64,000 nt of DNA from an uncultured Acidobacteriota bacterium (GCA_963827655.1 CAWHCF010000052.1:119979-183978); one strand, 5' to 3'; shown: positions 1-11,376, counted from the first letter of the stretch. Notes: generated by a model from the letters alone, not told the origin. A program made the numbers and translations.

Positions 1-924
1 AATCTCGAAGAAGCTCAGCAGGCGCTCCACGTCGTCCAGGAGATGGACCCGGTGGGAGTGGGCGCGCGAGACTTGCGTGAATGCTTGTCCCTGCAGCTCG
101 AGTCGTTGAATCTGCGGGACACCCTGGCCTGGCGCGTGGTTCAAGAGCATCTACCTCTCCTGGAAACTCACAAGTTCAAAGAGGTGGCGAGCCGCACCGG
201 TTCGACCTTCGAGGAGGTGCTGCGTGCGGTCGATACCATCAAACACCTCATTCCAAAGCCTGGTCAAAAACACAACTCTCAAAAAGCCGCCTATGTTCAG
301 CCTGAGGTGACGATCGCAAAAGTGAACGACGAATTCGTCATTATCCAGAATGACGAGGGTATGCCGCATCTCAGACTCAATGCGCGCTATCGTGACCTTT
401 TGAAGAATAACGGCGTGACCGGCGAGGCCAAGACCTTCTTAAGAGAGAAATTTCGTTCCGCGGTGGATCTTTTGCGAAGTGTCAGCCAGCGCAAGCAGAC
501 AATCTACAAGGTGTGCGCTTGTATTTTGAACCGGCAGCGGGAATTCCTCGAGCAGGGACCTTCGGCTTTGCGTCCTATGTTGATCAAGGACGTAGCCAGC
601 GAGCTGGGAGTTCACAGCTCGACGATCAGCAGAGTTGTCACCAACAAATATGTGGATACGCCCCAGGGAGTCATCGAGCTGCGAAAGTTCTTCACAATGG
701 GAGTAGAGAATCCTGATGGCCAGGAAGTATCGATAGTTCAGGTCAAACTCAAGCTAAGGAAGATGATCGAGAACGAGAGTAAATCAAAACCGTATTCAGA
801 CAACCAACTGGGGCAGCTGCTGCGCCGCGATAATATCTTCATTACCCGTCGCACCGTAGCGAAATACCGGGAACAGATGCAGATTCCAGGTTCCCGCGAA
901 CGAAAGATCGGGTATCTCTTCTGA
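1..924 (+). CDS. rpoN: RNA polymerase sigma-54 factor (5' end outside window)
   Basis: DPVGVGARDLRECL core-binding region, HTH 'HSSTISR', RpoN box 'RRTVAKYRE'; frame open from base 1. Confidence 0.97.
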   Translation, partial: NLEEAQQALHVVQEMDPVGVGARDLRECLSLQLESLNLRDTLAWRVVQEHLPLLETHKFKEVASRTGSTFEEVLRAVDTIKHLIPKPGQKHNSQKAAYVQPEVTIAKVNDEFVIIQNDEGMPHLRLNARYRDLLKNNGVTGEAKTFLREKFRSAVDLLRSVSQRKQTIYKVCACILNRQREFLEQGPSALRPMLIKDVASELGVHSSTISRVVTNKYVDTPQGVIELRKFFTMGVENPDGQEVSIVQVKLKLRKMIENESKSKPYSDNQLGQLLRRDNIFITRRTVAKYREQMQIPGSRERKIGYLF

Positions 925-1024
925 GATCGCCGGTCTTCTTTACTCATTCCGCACTACTGGTATTCTGGATGTCCACCAGGCCCGCGAAATGATGTTTGGT
1001 CCGAGATCTCGAGGGGTAATACCG

Positions 1025-1555
1025 ATGAACGTCGAAATAACGGGCCGGCACATTCTCATCACGCCGGCCATTCGATCTTACGTGCTGAAGAGGCTTCGTA
1101 AATTCACAAAGATTCTCGGGAGTGATCTCAGTTTTCACGTTATCATCGCGGTCGAAAAAGACCGGCACAGTGCCGAGATTCTTTTGAAATCGAAGCTGCT
1201 TGACCTTACCGGAACGAGCGAAACCAAGGACATGTATTCTTCAATCGTCCTGGCGCTCGAAAAACTCGAGCGCCAGGCGCTTAAGCACAAGACCAAGATC
1301 ATCGAAAAGAAGCGTCATCTGGCAAAAGTGAAATCGGTCGCGGAGAAAAGCGGAGTTGGGGTGGTCCCCGTCGGATTAGGCCGAAACGGCATTCTGGAAG
1401 AAGAGGCCCACAAGAAGCCGATGGGACTCGAAGAAGCGGTGCTCGAATTGGGACAGTCAGACTACCCCTTTGTCGTTTTTCGCAGTTCCGAATCAGGCGC
1501 CGTAAACGTTCTGTACCGCCGGAAGGACGGCTCATTGGGTCTGATCCACGCTTGA
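1025..1555 (+). CDS. hpf: Ribosome hibernation promoting factor, long form (RaiA/HPF)
   Basis: MNVEITGRH N-terminus, C-terminal 'KPMGLEEAVLEL...VLYRRKDGSLGLI'; follows rpoN; ATG 1025 preferred over 989. Confidence 0.93.
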   Translation: MNVEITGRHILITPAIRSYVLKRLRKFTKILGSDLSFHVIIAVEKDRHSAEILLKSKLLDLTGTSETKDMYSSIVLALEKLERQALKHKTKIIEKKRHLAKVKSVAEKSGVGVVPVGLGRNGILEEEAHKKPMGLEEAVLELGQSDYPFVVFRSSESGAVNVLYRRKDGSLGLIHA

Positions 1556-1677
1556 GAGCTGCATCACCTCTTGAGTCTTCGTGGCTGGTTTTTTCCTCTG
1601 CGCTTTGCCACGCGGGCGAAAGTTAGAAGGCTCTTCCCGTTACGAAGCAGGCCGCTTACGACCGTCACCTGAATGCC

Positions 1678-2538
1678 ATGAGTCTGCAGGATCTTGTCGT
1701 CGTCACCGGCATGAGCGGGTCCGGAAAAGGGACTGTGCTCAAAGCCTTCGAGGATCTCGGTTTCTTTTGCATCGATAACCTCCCCGTTCCACTGATACCC
1801 AAGTTCATCGAAGGAATCCACGTTAGTGGAGGCGAGGTCGAAAGGGCGGCGCTAGTGATAGACGTTCGCGCAGGCGAAAAGCTGCGCGATCTCGAGAAGA
1901 TGATCACCGAGATCAGAAAATTCGAGTTCCGGTTGTTCGTCCTTTACCTCGAGGCGCGCAACGAGATTCTCGTCCGAAGGTTCAGTGAAACCAGGCGACC
2001 GCACCCTCTGGTCGGTGAAAAATCGCTGCCCGACGCCATCCGTCTCGAGAGGAAACAGTTGCGCCCGATCCGGGAGCTTGCCGACGTGATCATCGACACA
2101 TCGGAATACTCCATCCACCAGGTAAAGGCTCTGGTCATGGATCGCTTCCGGTCGCATCCGCGGGGGGCGTTGAACGTGAACCTCGTAAGTTTCGGCTACA
2201 AGCATGGGGTGCCGCTGGAAGCGGATCTCGTCTTTGATGTCCGCTTTCTCCCTAATCCGTACTTCGTTTCAGGTTTGAGATCTCTGACCGGGCAGGACCG
2301 CAGGGTGATAAAGTATCTTCGCTCGGTACCAGAGACACTGGAGTTCGTCCAGCGAGTCAAGGACTTCCTCCAATATCTCATCCCATTTTACGTCCGGGAG
2401 GGGAAAAGCTATCTGACCATTGCGATTGGGTGCACGGGAGGACGTCACCGCTCCGTCTTCGTGGTTGAAGAGTTGGCTCGGCTTCTCAAACTGCGAACAG
2501 CGTCCATTCGAATTCGACATCGCGATCCGTATCGCTGA
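1678..2538 (+). CDS. rapZ: RNase adapter RapZ (YhbJ) P-loop protein
   Basis: TGMSGSGK Walker A, IDNLP, FDVRFLPNP, GCTGGRHRSV motifs. Confidence 0.96.
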   Translation: MSLQDLVVVTGMSGSGKGTVLKAFEDLGFFCIDNLPVPLIPKFIEGIHVSGGEVERAALVIDVRAGEKLRDLEKMITEIRKFEFRLFVLYLEARNEILVRRFSETRRPHPLVGEKSLPDAIRLERKQLRPIRELADVIIDTSEYSIHQVKALVMDRFRSHPRGALNVNLVSFGYKHGVPLEADLVFDVRFLPNPYFVSGLRSLTGQDRRVIKYLRSVPETLEFVQRVKDFLQYLIPFYVREGKSYLTIAIGCTGGRHRSVFVVEELARLLKLRTASIRIRHRDPYR

Positions 2539-2652
2539 GGACGGCGGGTTTGGAGTGCCCCTTTCTTCAGTCCGGCCATTTTCGCGAGGCTCGGCGGCAA
2601 GCTCAGCAAGATTGCGCACTATGGACAGAATGCCTGGTTGCCAGGAGGTAGC

Positions 2653-3051
2653 ATGATCGGCGCTCTAGCGGTGACCCATGGTCAACTCGCTCACGAACTC
2701 GTGGCTGCGGCAGAAATGATCGTGGGCGAAATCTCTCATATCCAGGCCGTGTCCATTGGATGGCACGATGACGTCAACGACGCGCGCAGGGAGATCGAGA
2801 GGCGTATCGCCGAGGTCGAGCATGGCGCCGGAGTACTCATCCTCACCGACATGTTCGGAGGGACTCCCTCGAACATCGCGTTTTCCTTTCATGAGCCGGG
2901 CAAAGTCGATGTGGTCACCGGGGTCAATCTTCCCATGATCATCAGGATTGCCACGCAGAAAGAGGGAGAAACGCTCGATTCGATGGCGCGCGGTGTGCGA
3001 GATCAGGGCCGGTCCAGCATCTCAATGGCGAGCGACTTTCTCGGCGCATGA
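2653..3051 (+). CDS. PTS mannose/fructose-type IIA component
   Basis: VTHGQLA phospho-His motif, TDMFGGTPSN, GVNLPM; AGGAGG RBS upstream. Confidence 0.93.
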   Translation: MIGALAVTHGQLAHELVAAAEMIVGEISHIQAVSIGWHDDVNDARREIERRIAEVEHGAGVLILTDMFGGTPSNIAFSFHEPGKVDVVTGVNLPMIIRIATQKEGETLDSMARGVRDQGRSSISMASDFLGA

Positions 3052-3323
3052 TCCGACATCTCATCCAGGTGCAAAATCGGCTGGGGTTGCATGCCCGCGC
3101 GGCGGCCAAGCTGGTCCGGTTGACCTCGCGCTTCAGGAGCGAGATCCTGCTCTCACGCAACGGAACCAACCAGCAGGCCGACGCCAGGAGTATTCTGGGG
3201 GTCCTTATGCTGGCCGCGTCTCAAGGGACGTCACTGGTTGTCTCGATCGATGGAGAAGACGAGGCCGAGGCTGGTGCCGCCATTCTGCGCCTGTTCGAAG
3301 AGAAGTTTGGAGAAGAGAATTGA
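3048..3323 (+). CDS. ptsH: Phosphocarrier protein HPr
   Basis: NRLGLHARAAA (His15 motif), DARSILGVLML (Ser46 region). Confidence 0.96.
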   Translation: MIRHLIQVQNRLGLHARAAAKLVRLTSRFRSEILLSRNGTNQQADARSILGVLMLAASQGTSLVVSIDGEDEAEAGAAILRLFEEKFGEEN

Positions 3324-5140
3324 TCACCTCGAAACCCGAACACATCTTTCATGGAAATGGTGTTTCGCCCGGCCTGGCGATAGGTAACGCGCTGAAACTG
3401 GACACGCGCAACCATGTGGTCTTCAAAATCCATGTTGATCCATCTTTAGTGGAAAGAGAGGTAGGACGTTTCCGCCGCGCCGTGCAAGCGTCGAAAGAAC
3501 AGTTGGAAGCCCGGAAATCCCGGCTGGAAGAAAAGGTGGGACATGAGCATAGCTACATTCTTGATGCCCACATCCTCATGCTGGAAGACCCGAGCCTGCT
3601 CGTGGAGATCGAATCGAACATACAGGCCGACAAGGTGAATGCCGAATGGGCCGTTCGTCGAGCGACCGATCGCATGCGCCGCGCCTATGAGTCTTTGGAA
3701 GACGAGTATTTCCGCGACCGGGTCAGCGACATCGAAAACGTAATGGGTCGCATCCTTGTCAATCTATCCGGTGATAACCAGGTGGGGTGGGATGCGTTGC
3801 CCGATGATCTCATCCTCGTGTCGAATGACTTCGATCCGACGACCTTCGCCACACTGGATCTTCAGAAGATCAGGGGATTGGCTCTGGAGTCTGGAGGACG
3901 AACTTCACACACCGCTATCATTGCCAGGAGCCTTCGACTTCCGGCGGTCATGGAAGTACGCGAGTTTCTCAACTCCGTTACCACTGGAGATACCGTGCTG
4001 CTCGACGGAGATGAAGGCCTGGTCGTGATAAATCCTTCTCAGAGTCGAGTCCATAGCATTCATACGCGCCTGGAAGAATTCAGGTCGATGGCCGACATCC
4101 CGTCCATTCCATTAGAATCGCCCAATCTAAGCCGGGAAGGGTTGGCCATCTCGCTGCGCGCCAACCTCGAGGTACCTCACGAAGTCGAAGCCGCCAGGAA
4201 ATGCGGAGCCGAAGGCATAGGGCTCTTCCGTTCAGAATTCCTCTTCTTCGCTCATCCCACCGGCTTTCCACAATTGCACGAACAAATCGCAACCTACCGG
4301 ATGCTGGCCGAAGCCGTCCACCCCTTTCCCGTAACCATTCGCACCCTGGATGCGGGTCCAGACAAAGTCGCGCCGGGCACGGAGTTCGAAACCCAGCGCA
4401 ATCCGAGCATGGGAATCCGCGGCATACGCATGAGCCTTCAGTCGCCGGCACTCTTTGAGATCCAGGTTGAGGCGATCTTGCGCTCTAGTTCCTCGGGCAA
4501 AATGCAGATCGTACTTCCGATGGTATCGACCCTGGAAGAAATCTGGGAAGCCAGGGCGTTGATCGATGGTGTGCGCTCTCGCCTCGACCGTTTACACCAG
4601 GGGCCAGGCCCGGTTCCGCTCGGCATCATGGTTGAGGTGCCCGCAGCGGTTCTGGCGCTGGAAGGGCTGGCCCGTGAGGTAGACTTCGTATGCGTCGGAA
4701 CCAATGATCTGGTTCAGTACACGCTCGCGGTCGATCGCAGCAATCCGCAAGTGTCCTATCTGTTTCAGCCGTTGCATCCTTCAATCCTCCAGTGTCTGAG
4801 CCGCGTAGCGGAAGTAACGCGAAATCAGAACAAGCCAGTCAGGATTTGTGGCGAGATCTCGGCCAATCCGTTCGTTGCCGTGTTGCTGCTTGGGTTGGGT
4901 TTCGGCGACTTGAGCATGAACGCCTACTCGATTCCGGTAATTCGCAGCGTGCTTAACTCGGTAAGGCTTGATTCTGCCTCCAGGCTGGCCGAGAGGGCGC
5001 TGAGTTTCGCAACCGCCAGAGAGGTTGCAGACTACCTGATCGAGACCGTGTCGGAATTGGTTCGGATCGATCTGGCGCCGTACATCAGAGAGATCAGGAA
5101 TCAGAGCGAAAGCACGGGCGTAAGCACCGTACGCCCCTGA
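3320..5140 (+). CDS. ptsI: PEP-protein phosphotransferase, enzyme I
   Basis: GGRTSHTAIIARS, GIGLFRSEF, VGTNDLVQY, ICGE motifs; TTG start at 3320 overlapping the HPr stop (ORF-track start 2948 too long). Confidence 0.95.
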   Translation: MITSKPEHIFHGNGVSPGLAIGNALKLDTRNHVVFKIHVDPSLVEREVGRFRRAVQASKEQLEARKSRLEEKVGHEHSYILDAHILMLEDPSLLVEIESNIQADKVNAEWAVRRATDRMRRAYESLEDEYFRDRVSDIENVMGRILVNLSGDNQVGWDALPDDLILVSNDFDPTTFATLDLQKIRGLALESGGRTSHTAIIARSLRLPAVMEVREFLNSVTTGDTVLLDGDEGLVVINPSQSRVHSIHTRLEEFRSMADIPSIPLESPNLSREGLAISLRANLEVPHEVEAARKCGAEGIGLFRSEFLFFAHPTGFPQLHEQIATYRMLAEAVHPFPVTIRTLDAGPDKVAPGTEFETQRNPSMGIRGIRMSLQSPALFEIQVEAILRSSSSGKMQIVLPMVSTLEEIWEARALIDGVRSRLDRLHQGPGPVPLGIMVEVPAAVLALEGLAREVDFVCVGTNDLVQYTLAVDRSNPQVSYLFQPLHPSILQCLSRVAEVTRNQNKPVRICGEISANPFVAVLLLGLGFGDLSMNAYSIPVIRSVLNSVRLDSASRLAERALSFATAREVADYLIETVSELVRIDLAPYIREIRNQSESTGVSTVRP

Positions 5141-5180
5141 CCCCTTGGACGGCAGGAGTCACGTTCCCGCGCTTCTCTCA

Positions 5181-5421
5181 GGGTTCGCGCAGAAATAAGT
5201 TCACATTCTGCTGCAGGCCCCCAGGCCCGCTGCCGAGGCGCGAGCGACGATGCGTACCCGGCGCGGTACGTGAGGAGCGAGCGACAATGCCAGCGGGCCT
5301 GGGGGCGGCAGCCCGATGGCGCGTCCTGAAGGTGCCAGTCTAGGCAGCCGAGAGAAACCACGGTTCAATAATGGATCACCGACTCTGGCGCCAGAATGCG
5401 AAGTTATTTCTGCGCGAACCC
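5181..5421 (+). mobile_element. MITE copy 1 (~30 bp terminal inverted repeats, internal hairpin)
   Basis: Ends GGGTTCGCGCAGAAATAAGTTCACATTCTG / CAGAATGCGAAGTTATTTCTGCGCGAACCC; homologous to 16891, 24404 and 30146. Confidence 0.9.
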
Positions 5422-5521
5422 TTTATGTGACATAATTTTGTCGACCGGTCAGGCGGATTTGGATGAGAAATTACCAGGGATCTTACATCCAATTGAGTAG
5501 TCGCTCCGGGCGGAGAGTTAT

Positions 5522-7613
5522 ATGTCCCGCGCAGAAGAACCTTTGATGACGCTTGCCACCTTCCTAGTCCTGACTCTGTCCCTGGTCCTGGCTGCACCTT
5601 CGGCTGAAGCCCAGGACATGAAAAATTTTAGCCGGATCGTCCGGCTCTCGTACGTCGAGGGGCACGTCAGTTTCCAGCATTCGAGCGACGTCGACTGGAC
5701 CGCAGCCAGCGTTAATCTGGCCCTCCAGGCGGGGGATCGAATCTACACGGGAGAAGATGGCAGGGCAGAGATTGAGTTCGACGATGGGTCGGTCTTGAGG
5801 TTGGCTGAAAAAAGCGACGTCGAAATCCTCGCCCTGAAAGATGACTTCATCCAGTTCAGGATCTTGCTCGGACTATCTACTTTGACGGTCGGGAGCAGCC
5901 TAGGTTTTGAGATTAACACGCCCGCGGCTGCTTTCAACACCCTCCGAAAAGGCGTCTACCGGTTTGACGTCCACGAAAATGGGGATAGCGACGGGATCGT
6001 TCGCAAGGGTCTCATGGAAGCGGCAAACAACAGCTTCACTGAGCGCCTGGATTCGGGTGAACTGGTCCACGTGAGCCCCGGCGATCAGGACACGCACGTC
6101 CTGTCGCGCTACACCGATAGGGATGCCTGGGATGAATGGACCGACCGCCGAATTGCCGACGCGGTGGCCTATGACAGCAGAAAGTACGTTCCAGATTATG
6201 TTCATCCAGGCGTTCGCGAGCTCGACCGACATGGGCGCTGGACTGTGATTGACGAGTATGGTCCGGCATGGGTTCCGCAATCTGTGACCCCGGGATGGGC
6301 TCCCTACGTGGATGGGCGCTGGTGCTTTCGTCCGAATTGGGGATGGACCTGGGTATCATACGAACCCTGGGGTTGGCTCCCCTATCACTATGGCCGCTGG
6401 TTCCACAGTGTCAGCTCGGGTTGGTGCTGGATCCCCGGCCCTTCTTTCGGGTTCCACTTCTGGTCTCCAGGCCTGGTGCGTTTTTATCAGGGACCGACAT
6501 CGGTCTCGTGGTGTCCGCTCGGACCTGGCGACTACTATAACGTCAATAACTTTTACTACAATCCGGCGTACCGCTATCGTCTCAACCACCTGAGGCTGGT
6601 TCAGCGGCGCGGGCCCGACGATTTGATCAACCGCAATGTACCCGGTGCGTTCCAGACCCTCAGAACCGAACAGTTCACGAATGGAGAGCGCGGCCTCAGA
6701 ACCCGAACTCTTCCGCCCGAGGGTTTCGAACGTCCCTGGCAGCAGGGCCGATTGATCGCAGGTCAACCGGAAGTGAGGCCGACCGCGCACAGTTACGCTC
6801 CAGTTCCTGAGCGCGCAGCATTTCGCCCGCCGGCAGGTGGTAGCCGGCCGGTCGTCGTGCGCACAGAGCCCCCGGCTGTAACTGGAGGGTCGAATCGGTA
6901 TGTGCGCATAGTAACCGCGGCGCCGATGCCGTTCATCCGGGGTGTGGAGCGGAATGACGCAACCCAAACCGCTGGAAGCCGCCGCACGCCTTCCAGCGGT
7001 GCGCACGGACCCGAAGCTTCTGCTTCGCCGCGCACGGGCGCCGAATCTGGAAATCGGTGGCGGCGGGAGGTCCAGTATCTGGAACCGGCGCGCTCCGAAT
7101 AGTCCCGACCAGAGTGAGCGAAGCGGGGGGCGCATCTACCCGGCTCAACCGGGATTTGACGGACAAGACGGGCGCAAGGGAAGAGAAATGCCCGGAACGC
7201 CCGACGTCTCCCCCCAGTTGACGCAGCCAGGAAGACCCTCCGAATCGCGGCGGTTTCAGAGCCGCGCAAGGGAACTGCCGGGATCCCGTCCGGATTACGG
7301 CTCGGCGCAACCATCGGAAATCCCGATTCCGCAGGCTCCTCGATACGAAAGGTCCGCACCGGAGATCACGCCTCGAGATACGAATCGCGCCCGTCCCGAA
7401 TCGAGGGCGCGGCAGCCCGAGCCGGGAACGCCGCGTGATTTCGGGCATTCGCGCCCGCGGGGTGGCGACGGCGGACCTTCCAGCAGGGCGGGGTCCGCCC
7501 CCGCACACATACCGCGAGGTTCCATGGGCACCATGCGTCAGAGCGCTCCTCCTCCGGCAGCGCGGGGTGAACCTCGAGGTGGCGGCGGCACTCCACGCCG
7601 CCGTGACCAGTAA
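5522..7613 (+). CDS. Secreted FecR-domain / DUF6600 protein with Pro/Arg-rich tail, frameshifted near 6950-7100
   Basis: Signal peptide, 'VRLSYVEGHVS' FecR-like region, 'WAPYVDGRW...WTWVSYEPWGWLPYHYGRW' DUF6600-type motif; tail continues in ORF 6942..7613. Confidence 0.8.
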
Positions 7614-7690
7614 GGACATCGAGTCTCTTGACGCCCTGGTTGTCGGCGCGGATTGACTCGCCCGCAGTGAAGACCTAGAATCCCCAAGCC

Positions 7691-9514
7691 ATGAATGAAC
7701 TGCGCAGGCTCTTACCCTACGTCCAGCCCTACCTCGGATTGTTGAGCCTCTCACTTCTACTCCTGGTGTTCGCCGGCACTTTCGAGGTTCTGGTCACGGC
7801 TCTCGCCATTCCCCTGTTTGATGACGTACTGGGGATGGGAACAGGGAATCCGCTTCACGGCAAGTTCGCATTCGTCCACCGTTACTTGTCCCTTCTGCCG
7901 GGAGACTCCATCACTCGCTTGGCGCTCGCGCTGCTGACCCTTACTCTGCTCAAGGGAGTCTGCGTCTACTTCTCCAATTCGTCGATGAACTATGTCGGAC
8001 AAAGCGTGGTGATGGAACTGCGCAACAGACTCTACGGGCATGTTTTGGGACAGTCCGTAAGCTTTTTCTCTCTGAATTCGACAGGCCGCTTGATGTCGCG
8101 CATGAGCAGCGACGTCGAGCAGGTCCAGGAAGCGGTGTCTACCACGCTCGCCGAGCTCTTTCGCGAAGTGGTGCTTCTGGTTTTTTTGATCGCCTGGGTG
8201 TTCTACATCGACTGGAAGCTGGCCGCTATTGCGCTCACCATCGCGCCCGTCGCGCTGCTCGTGACCCTGACGATGGGAAGAAAGATCCGCCGCGCGAGCT
8301 GGAAGAGCCGCGAACGCATCGCCACGCTGAGCGATCTATTGCAGCAGACACTGACCGGAGTCCGGATAGTAAAGGCCTTTGGCATGGAAGCGCAGGAAGA
8401 GAACCGTTTTCGACAAGCCGCCGCCCGCCTGTTTCGCATTAACTTGAAGGCCGCGCGGATCATGTTCTTGAATTCGCCCGCGATGGAATTCCTGGGCGTC
8501 GCCTGTTTTATTCCCCTGCTTTACTACGCCCATCACCGGATTGCAGAAGGCACGCTGACCCTCGGGGTTTTTAGCGGCTCTCTCTTCTCACTCTTTCGCA
8601 TGTACGATCCAATCCGGAAACTGAGCCGGATTCACGTGCAATTCCAGCGCGTATTTGCCTCCACTTCGCGCATCTTCGAGTTGCTCGATACCCATCTCGA
8701 GATCCAGGACCGCCCGTCGGCGCGCACCCTCGAAGGCGTTCAAGGACGAATTGAATTTCGGGATGTTTGTTTCAATTACAACGATGCCAGCGGTCACGCC
8801 CGCATATTGAAGAATATCAACCTCGAGGTCGAGCGCGGGCAGGTGGTGGCGCTGGTAGGCAGCAGCGGGGCAGGCAAATCCACCCTCGTCAGCCTGATCC
8901 CGCGTTTTTATGAGATCTCGGCGGGATCGATTTGCATCGACGGCACCGACATTCGCGACTTCTCGCAGCATTCGCTGCGGAAAAACATAGCCATCGTCAC
9001 GCAGGAGACTTTCCTCTTCAACGATACGATCCGGAACAACATTACCTATGGCAGCGCGAACTCCACTGACGAACTTATTGAACAGGCGGCCCGCGCCGCT
9101 CTGGCTCACGAGTTCATCCTGCAGTTTCCTCTGAAATACGACACCCTGGTTGGAGAGCGGGGCCAGCGCCTTTCGGGGGGGGAACGTCAACGCATTGCCA
9201 TAGCCCGTGCCATCCTGAAGAACGCGCCCGTACTGGTTCTCGACGAAGCCACGTCTGCGCTCGACTCCGAATCAGAGAAACTGGTTCAGCAGGCGCTGGC
9301 GAATCTGATGCAGGATCGCACGACCTTCATCATCGCGCACCGTTTTTCTACCATCCGGCGCGCAGACATCATCGTTGTACTCGAGGACGGGCGGATCCAC
9401 GAAACGGGAACCCACGAGGAGCTCATGGCGCAGGACGGACTCTACCGGCGACTCTTCAAGTTGCAGAGCGACGAGAGCTTCGTCCCTCGCCGCCAGCTTA
9501 CCCGCACTTCGTAA
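7691..9514 (+). CDS. ABC transporter permease/ATPase, MsbA-like (possible lipid A flippase)
   Basis: TM domain plus GSSGAGKST, LSGGERQR, LDEATSALD. Confidence 0.9.
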   Translation: MNELRRLLPYVQPYLGLLSLSLLLLVFAGTFEVLVTALAIPLFDDVLGMGTGNPLHGKFAFVHRYLSLLPGDSITRLALALLTLTLLKGVCVYFSNSSMNYVGQSVVMELRNRLYGHVLGQSVSFFSLNSTGRLMSRMSSDVEQVQEAVSTTLAELFREVVLLVFLIAWVFYIDWKLAAIALTIAPVALLVTLTMGRKIRRASWKSRERIATLSDLLQQTLTGVRIVKAFGMEAQEENRFRQAAARLFRINLKAARIMFLNSPAMEFLGVACFIPLLYYAHHRIAEGTLTLGVFSGSLFSLFRMYDPIRKLSRIHVQFQRVFASTSRIFELLDTHLEIQDRPSARTLEGVQGRIEFRDVCFNYNDASGHARILKNINLEVERGQVVALVGSSGAGKSTLVSLIPRFYEISAGSICIDGTDIRDFSQHSLRKNIAIVTQETFLFNDTIRNNITYGSANSTDELIEQAARAALAHEFILQFPLKYDTLVGERGQRLSGGERQRIAIARAILKNAPVLVLDEATSALDSESEKLVQQALANLMQDRTTFIIAHRFSTIRRADIIVVLEDGRIHETGTHEELMAQDGLYRRLFKLQSDESFVPRRQLTRTS

Positions 9515-9600
9515 CTCCATTCTGATCGCGTCTCCGGGGTGGGCGGGCAAAGACAATCAACCGTCTGGACACGAAGACGCACCCGACGCAGTGGTTGTCC

Positions 9601-9629
9601 TTGACGCGGCTTCAGGCCACGGGTAAGAT
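9601..9629 (+). promoter_or_regulatory. Sigma70-type promoter of the yicC-gmk-rpoZ-coaBC operon
   Basis: TTGACG-N17-TAAGAT. Confidence 0.6.
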
Positions 9630-9664
9630 TATTGGATTTCGGTATTGTGAGGCTTCGGCGATAG

Positions 9665-10552
9665 ATGGTTCGAAGCATGACCGGTTACGGCACCGGGTCT
9701 TGCCAGACGGACAACTTATCGGTGGTAGTGGAGGCTCGGGCCGTCAATCACCGATTCTTCGATCTCCACTTACGAATACCCAGAGAGTATCTCTTCCTTG
9801 AACCCGAGGTTCAACAACTCGTGCGCGGTTTGGTGCGGCGCGGACGCGTTGAGCTTAACGTCGGAATCCAGGCATCCCGCCGCGGGGATTCGCCGGTAGA
9901 TCTGGACGCGGCCCGCACGTACATGGAAGCAGCCGCGAGACTGCGTGAGGAATTGCACGTCGACGATTCACTTGATCTAAAAACCCTTCTCGGCTTGCCC
10001 GGAGTGGTTTCCAACCGGGACCTCCGATCGCTTCCCGCCGTGGAGGCAACCGCAGCCGCCGCCGAACTCGTCGTGCAAAGCGTGCGCCAGGCTCTTGAGG
10101 GAGTGATCAGAATGCGCGAACTGGAAGGGGAAGCTCTCCGGAAAGATCTCGGGCAGCGACTGGAAGACATAGCTCAAAATGCGAAACAGATTCGCGCCCT
10201 GGCCCCTCAGGTCGCCATCGACTACCGGCAAAGACTCACCGCACGGCTGGCGCAAATCGTTCCGCAGGACGGCGTCGATGCCCAACGACTGGCGCAGGAA
10301 GTCGCGCTCGTCGCAGAACGCTGCGACGTCTCAGAGGAGCTTACCAGGCTGGAGAGCCACCTGGACCAGTTTTCAGACTGGATGACATCTCCGAACGAGG
10401 TTGGGAAAAGAATGGATTTCTTGCTGCAAGAGATGCAGCGGGAGGCAAACACCATACTCTCCAAGACAGCGCATCTTGAGATTACGCGGGCGGGCGTCGC
10501 CATCAAGGTGGAAATCGAAAAACTACGGGAACAGGTCCAAAACGTCGAGTGA
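9665..10552 (+). CDS. yicC: YicC/YloC family endoribonuclease
   Basis: SMTGYG start, VNHRFFDL, C-terminal DFLLQEMQREANT...REQVQNVE. Confidence 0.95.
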   Translation: MVRSMTGYGTGSCQTDNLSVVVEARAVNHRFFDLHLRIPREYLFLEPEVQQLVRGLVRRGRVELNVGIQASRRGDSPVDLDAARTYMEAAARLREELHVDDSLDLKTLLGLPGVVSNRDLRSLPAVEATAAAAELVVQSVRQALEGVIRMRELEGEALRKDLGQRLEDIAQNAKQIRALAPQVAIDYRQRLTARLAQIVPQDGVDAQRLAQEVALVAERCDVSEELTRLESHLDQFSDWMTSPNEVGKRMDFLLQEMQREANTILSKTAHLEITRAGVAIKVEIEKLREQVQNVE

Positions 10553-10553
10553 T

Positions 10554-11189
10554 ATGGCCCACCATGGGAATCTGTTCATAGTCTCAGGGCCATCGGGAGC
10601 CGGCAAGTCAGTTCTTGCCGCATGCCTGCTCAAACAGGTTCCCGGACTTCGGTTTTCGATTTCGTACACCACGCGGCCCCCTCGGGGTAGTGAGAAAAAT
10701 GGCGTTGAATATTATTTCGTCGACCGGGCGCAGTTTGAGGCTCTAAGGCGCAGTGGCGAGCTTCTCGAGTGGGCCGAAGTCTATGGCAACTACTACGGTA
10801 CGTCGAGAAGATTGGTTGACGAGATTCTGTCTGAGGGAGACGACCTCTTGCTGGACGTTGATGTACAAGGCGCTCAAACCATCCGCCAGGGGCGCTCGGA
10901 GGCCATAGGCATTTTCATCATGCCTCCCTCGTTTCAGGTCCTCCGCCAGCGCCTCGAAAGCCGCCGGCTCGATAAGGACTACGTCATCGAGCAGCGCCTG
11001 CAAATCGCATTTAATGAAATCAAGCAGTACAAGAATTACGATTTCTTGATCATCAACGAAGAACTAGGTAAATCCATCGAGGAATTGAGGTCCATTGTTG
11101 TCAGCTCCCGATGTCGCATGAGCCGGCGAGCAGAACCGGCAAGGTCGATTGTAGCCACTTTTGGAGGATTGGATGCAGAAGATCCCTGA
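10554..11189 (+). CDS. gmk: Guanylate kinase
   Basis: SGPSGAGKS, TTRPPR, YGNYYGT, DVDVQGA. Confidence 0.96.
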   Translation: MAHHGNLFIVSGPSGAGKSVLAACLLKQVPGLRFSISYTTRPPRGSEKNGVEYYFVDRAQFEALRRSGELLEWAEVYGNYYGTSRRLVDEILSEGDDLLLDVDVQGAQTIRQGRSEAIGIFIMPPSFQVLRQRLESRRLDKDYVIEQRLQIAFNEIKQYKNYDFLIINEELGKSIEELRSIVVSSRCRMSRRAEPARSIVATFGGLDAEDP

Positions 11190-11376
11190 GACTGTAGGAT
11201 CAAAATACCGCTTCATCATAATTGCCGCAGAGAGGGCCAAGCAGCTACAGAATAACGCGAAGCCGAAGATCAAAACCAGGTCAACCAAACCGGCGCACGT
11301 TGCGATGCAGGAAGTGGAGCAGGGACTCATCGGTTTCGAAATTTCACATCCGGAGCAGCCTAAAGGGGAATCGTGA
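11173..11376 (+). CDS. rpoZ: RNA polymerase omega subunit
   Basis: SKYRFIIIAAERAKQL; position between gmk and coaBC. Confidence 0.93.
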   Translation: MQKIPETVGSKYRFIIIAAERAKQLQNNAKPKIKTRSTKPAHVAMQEVEQGLIGFEISHPEQPKGES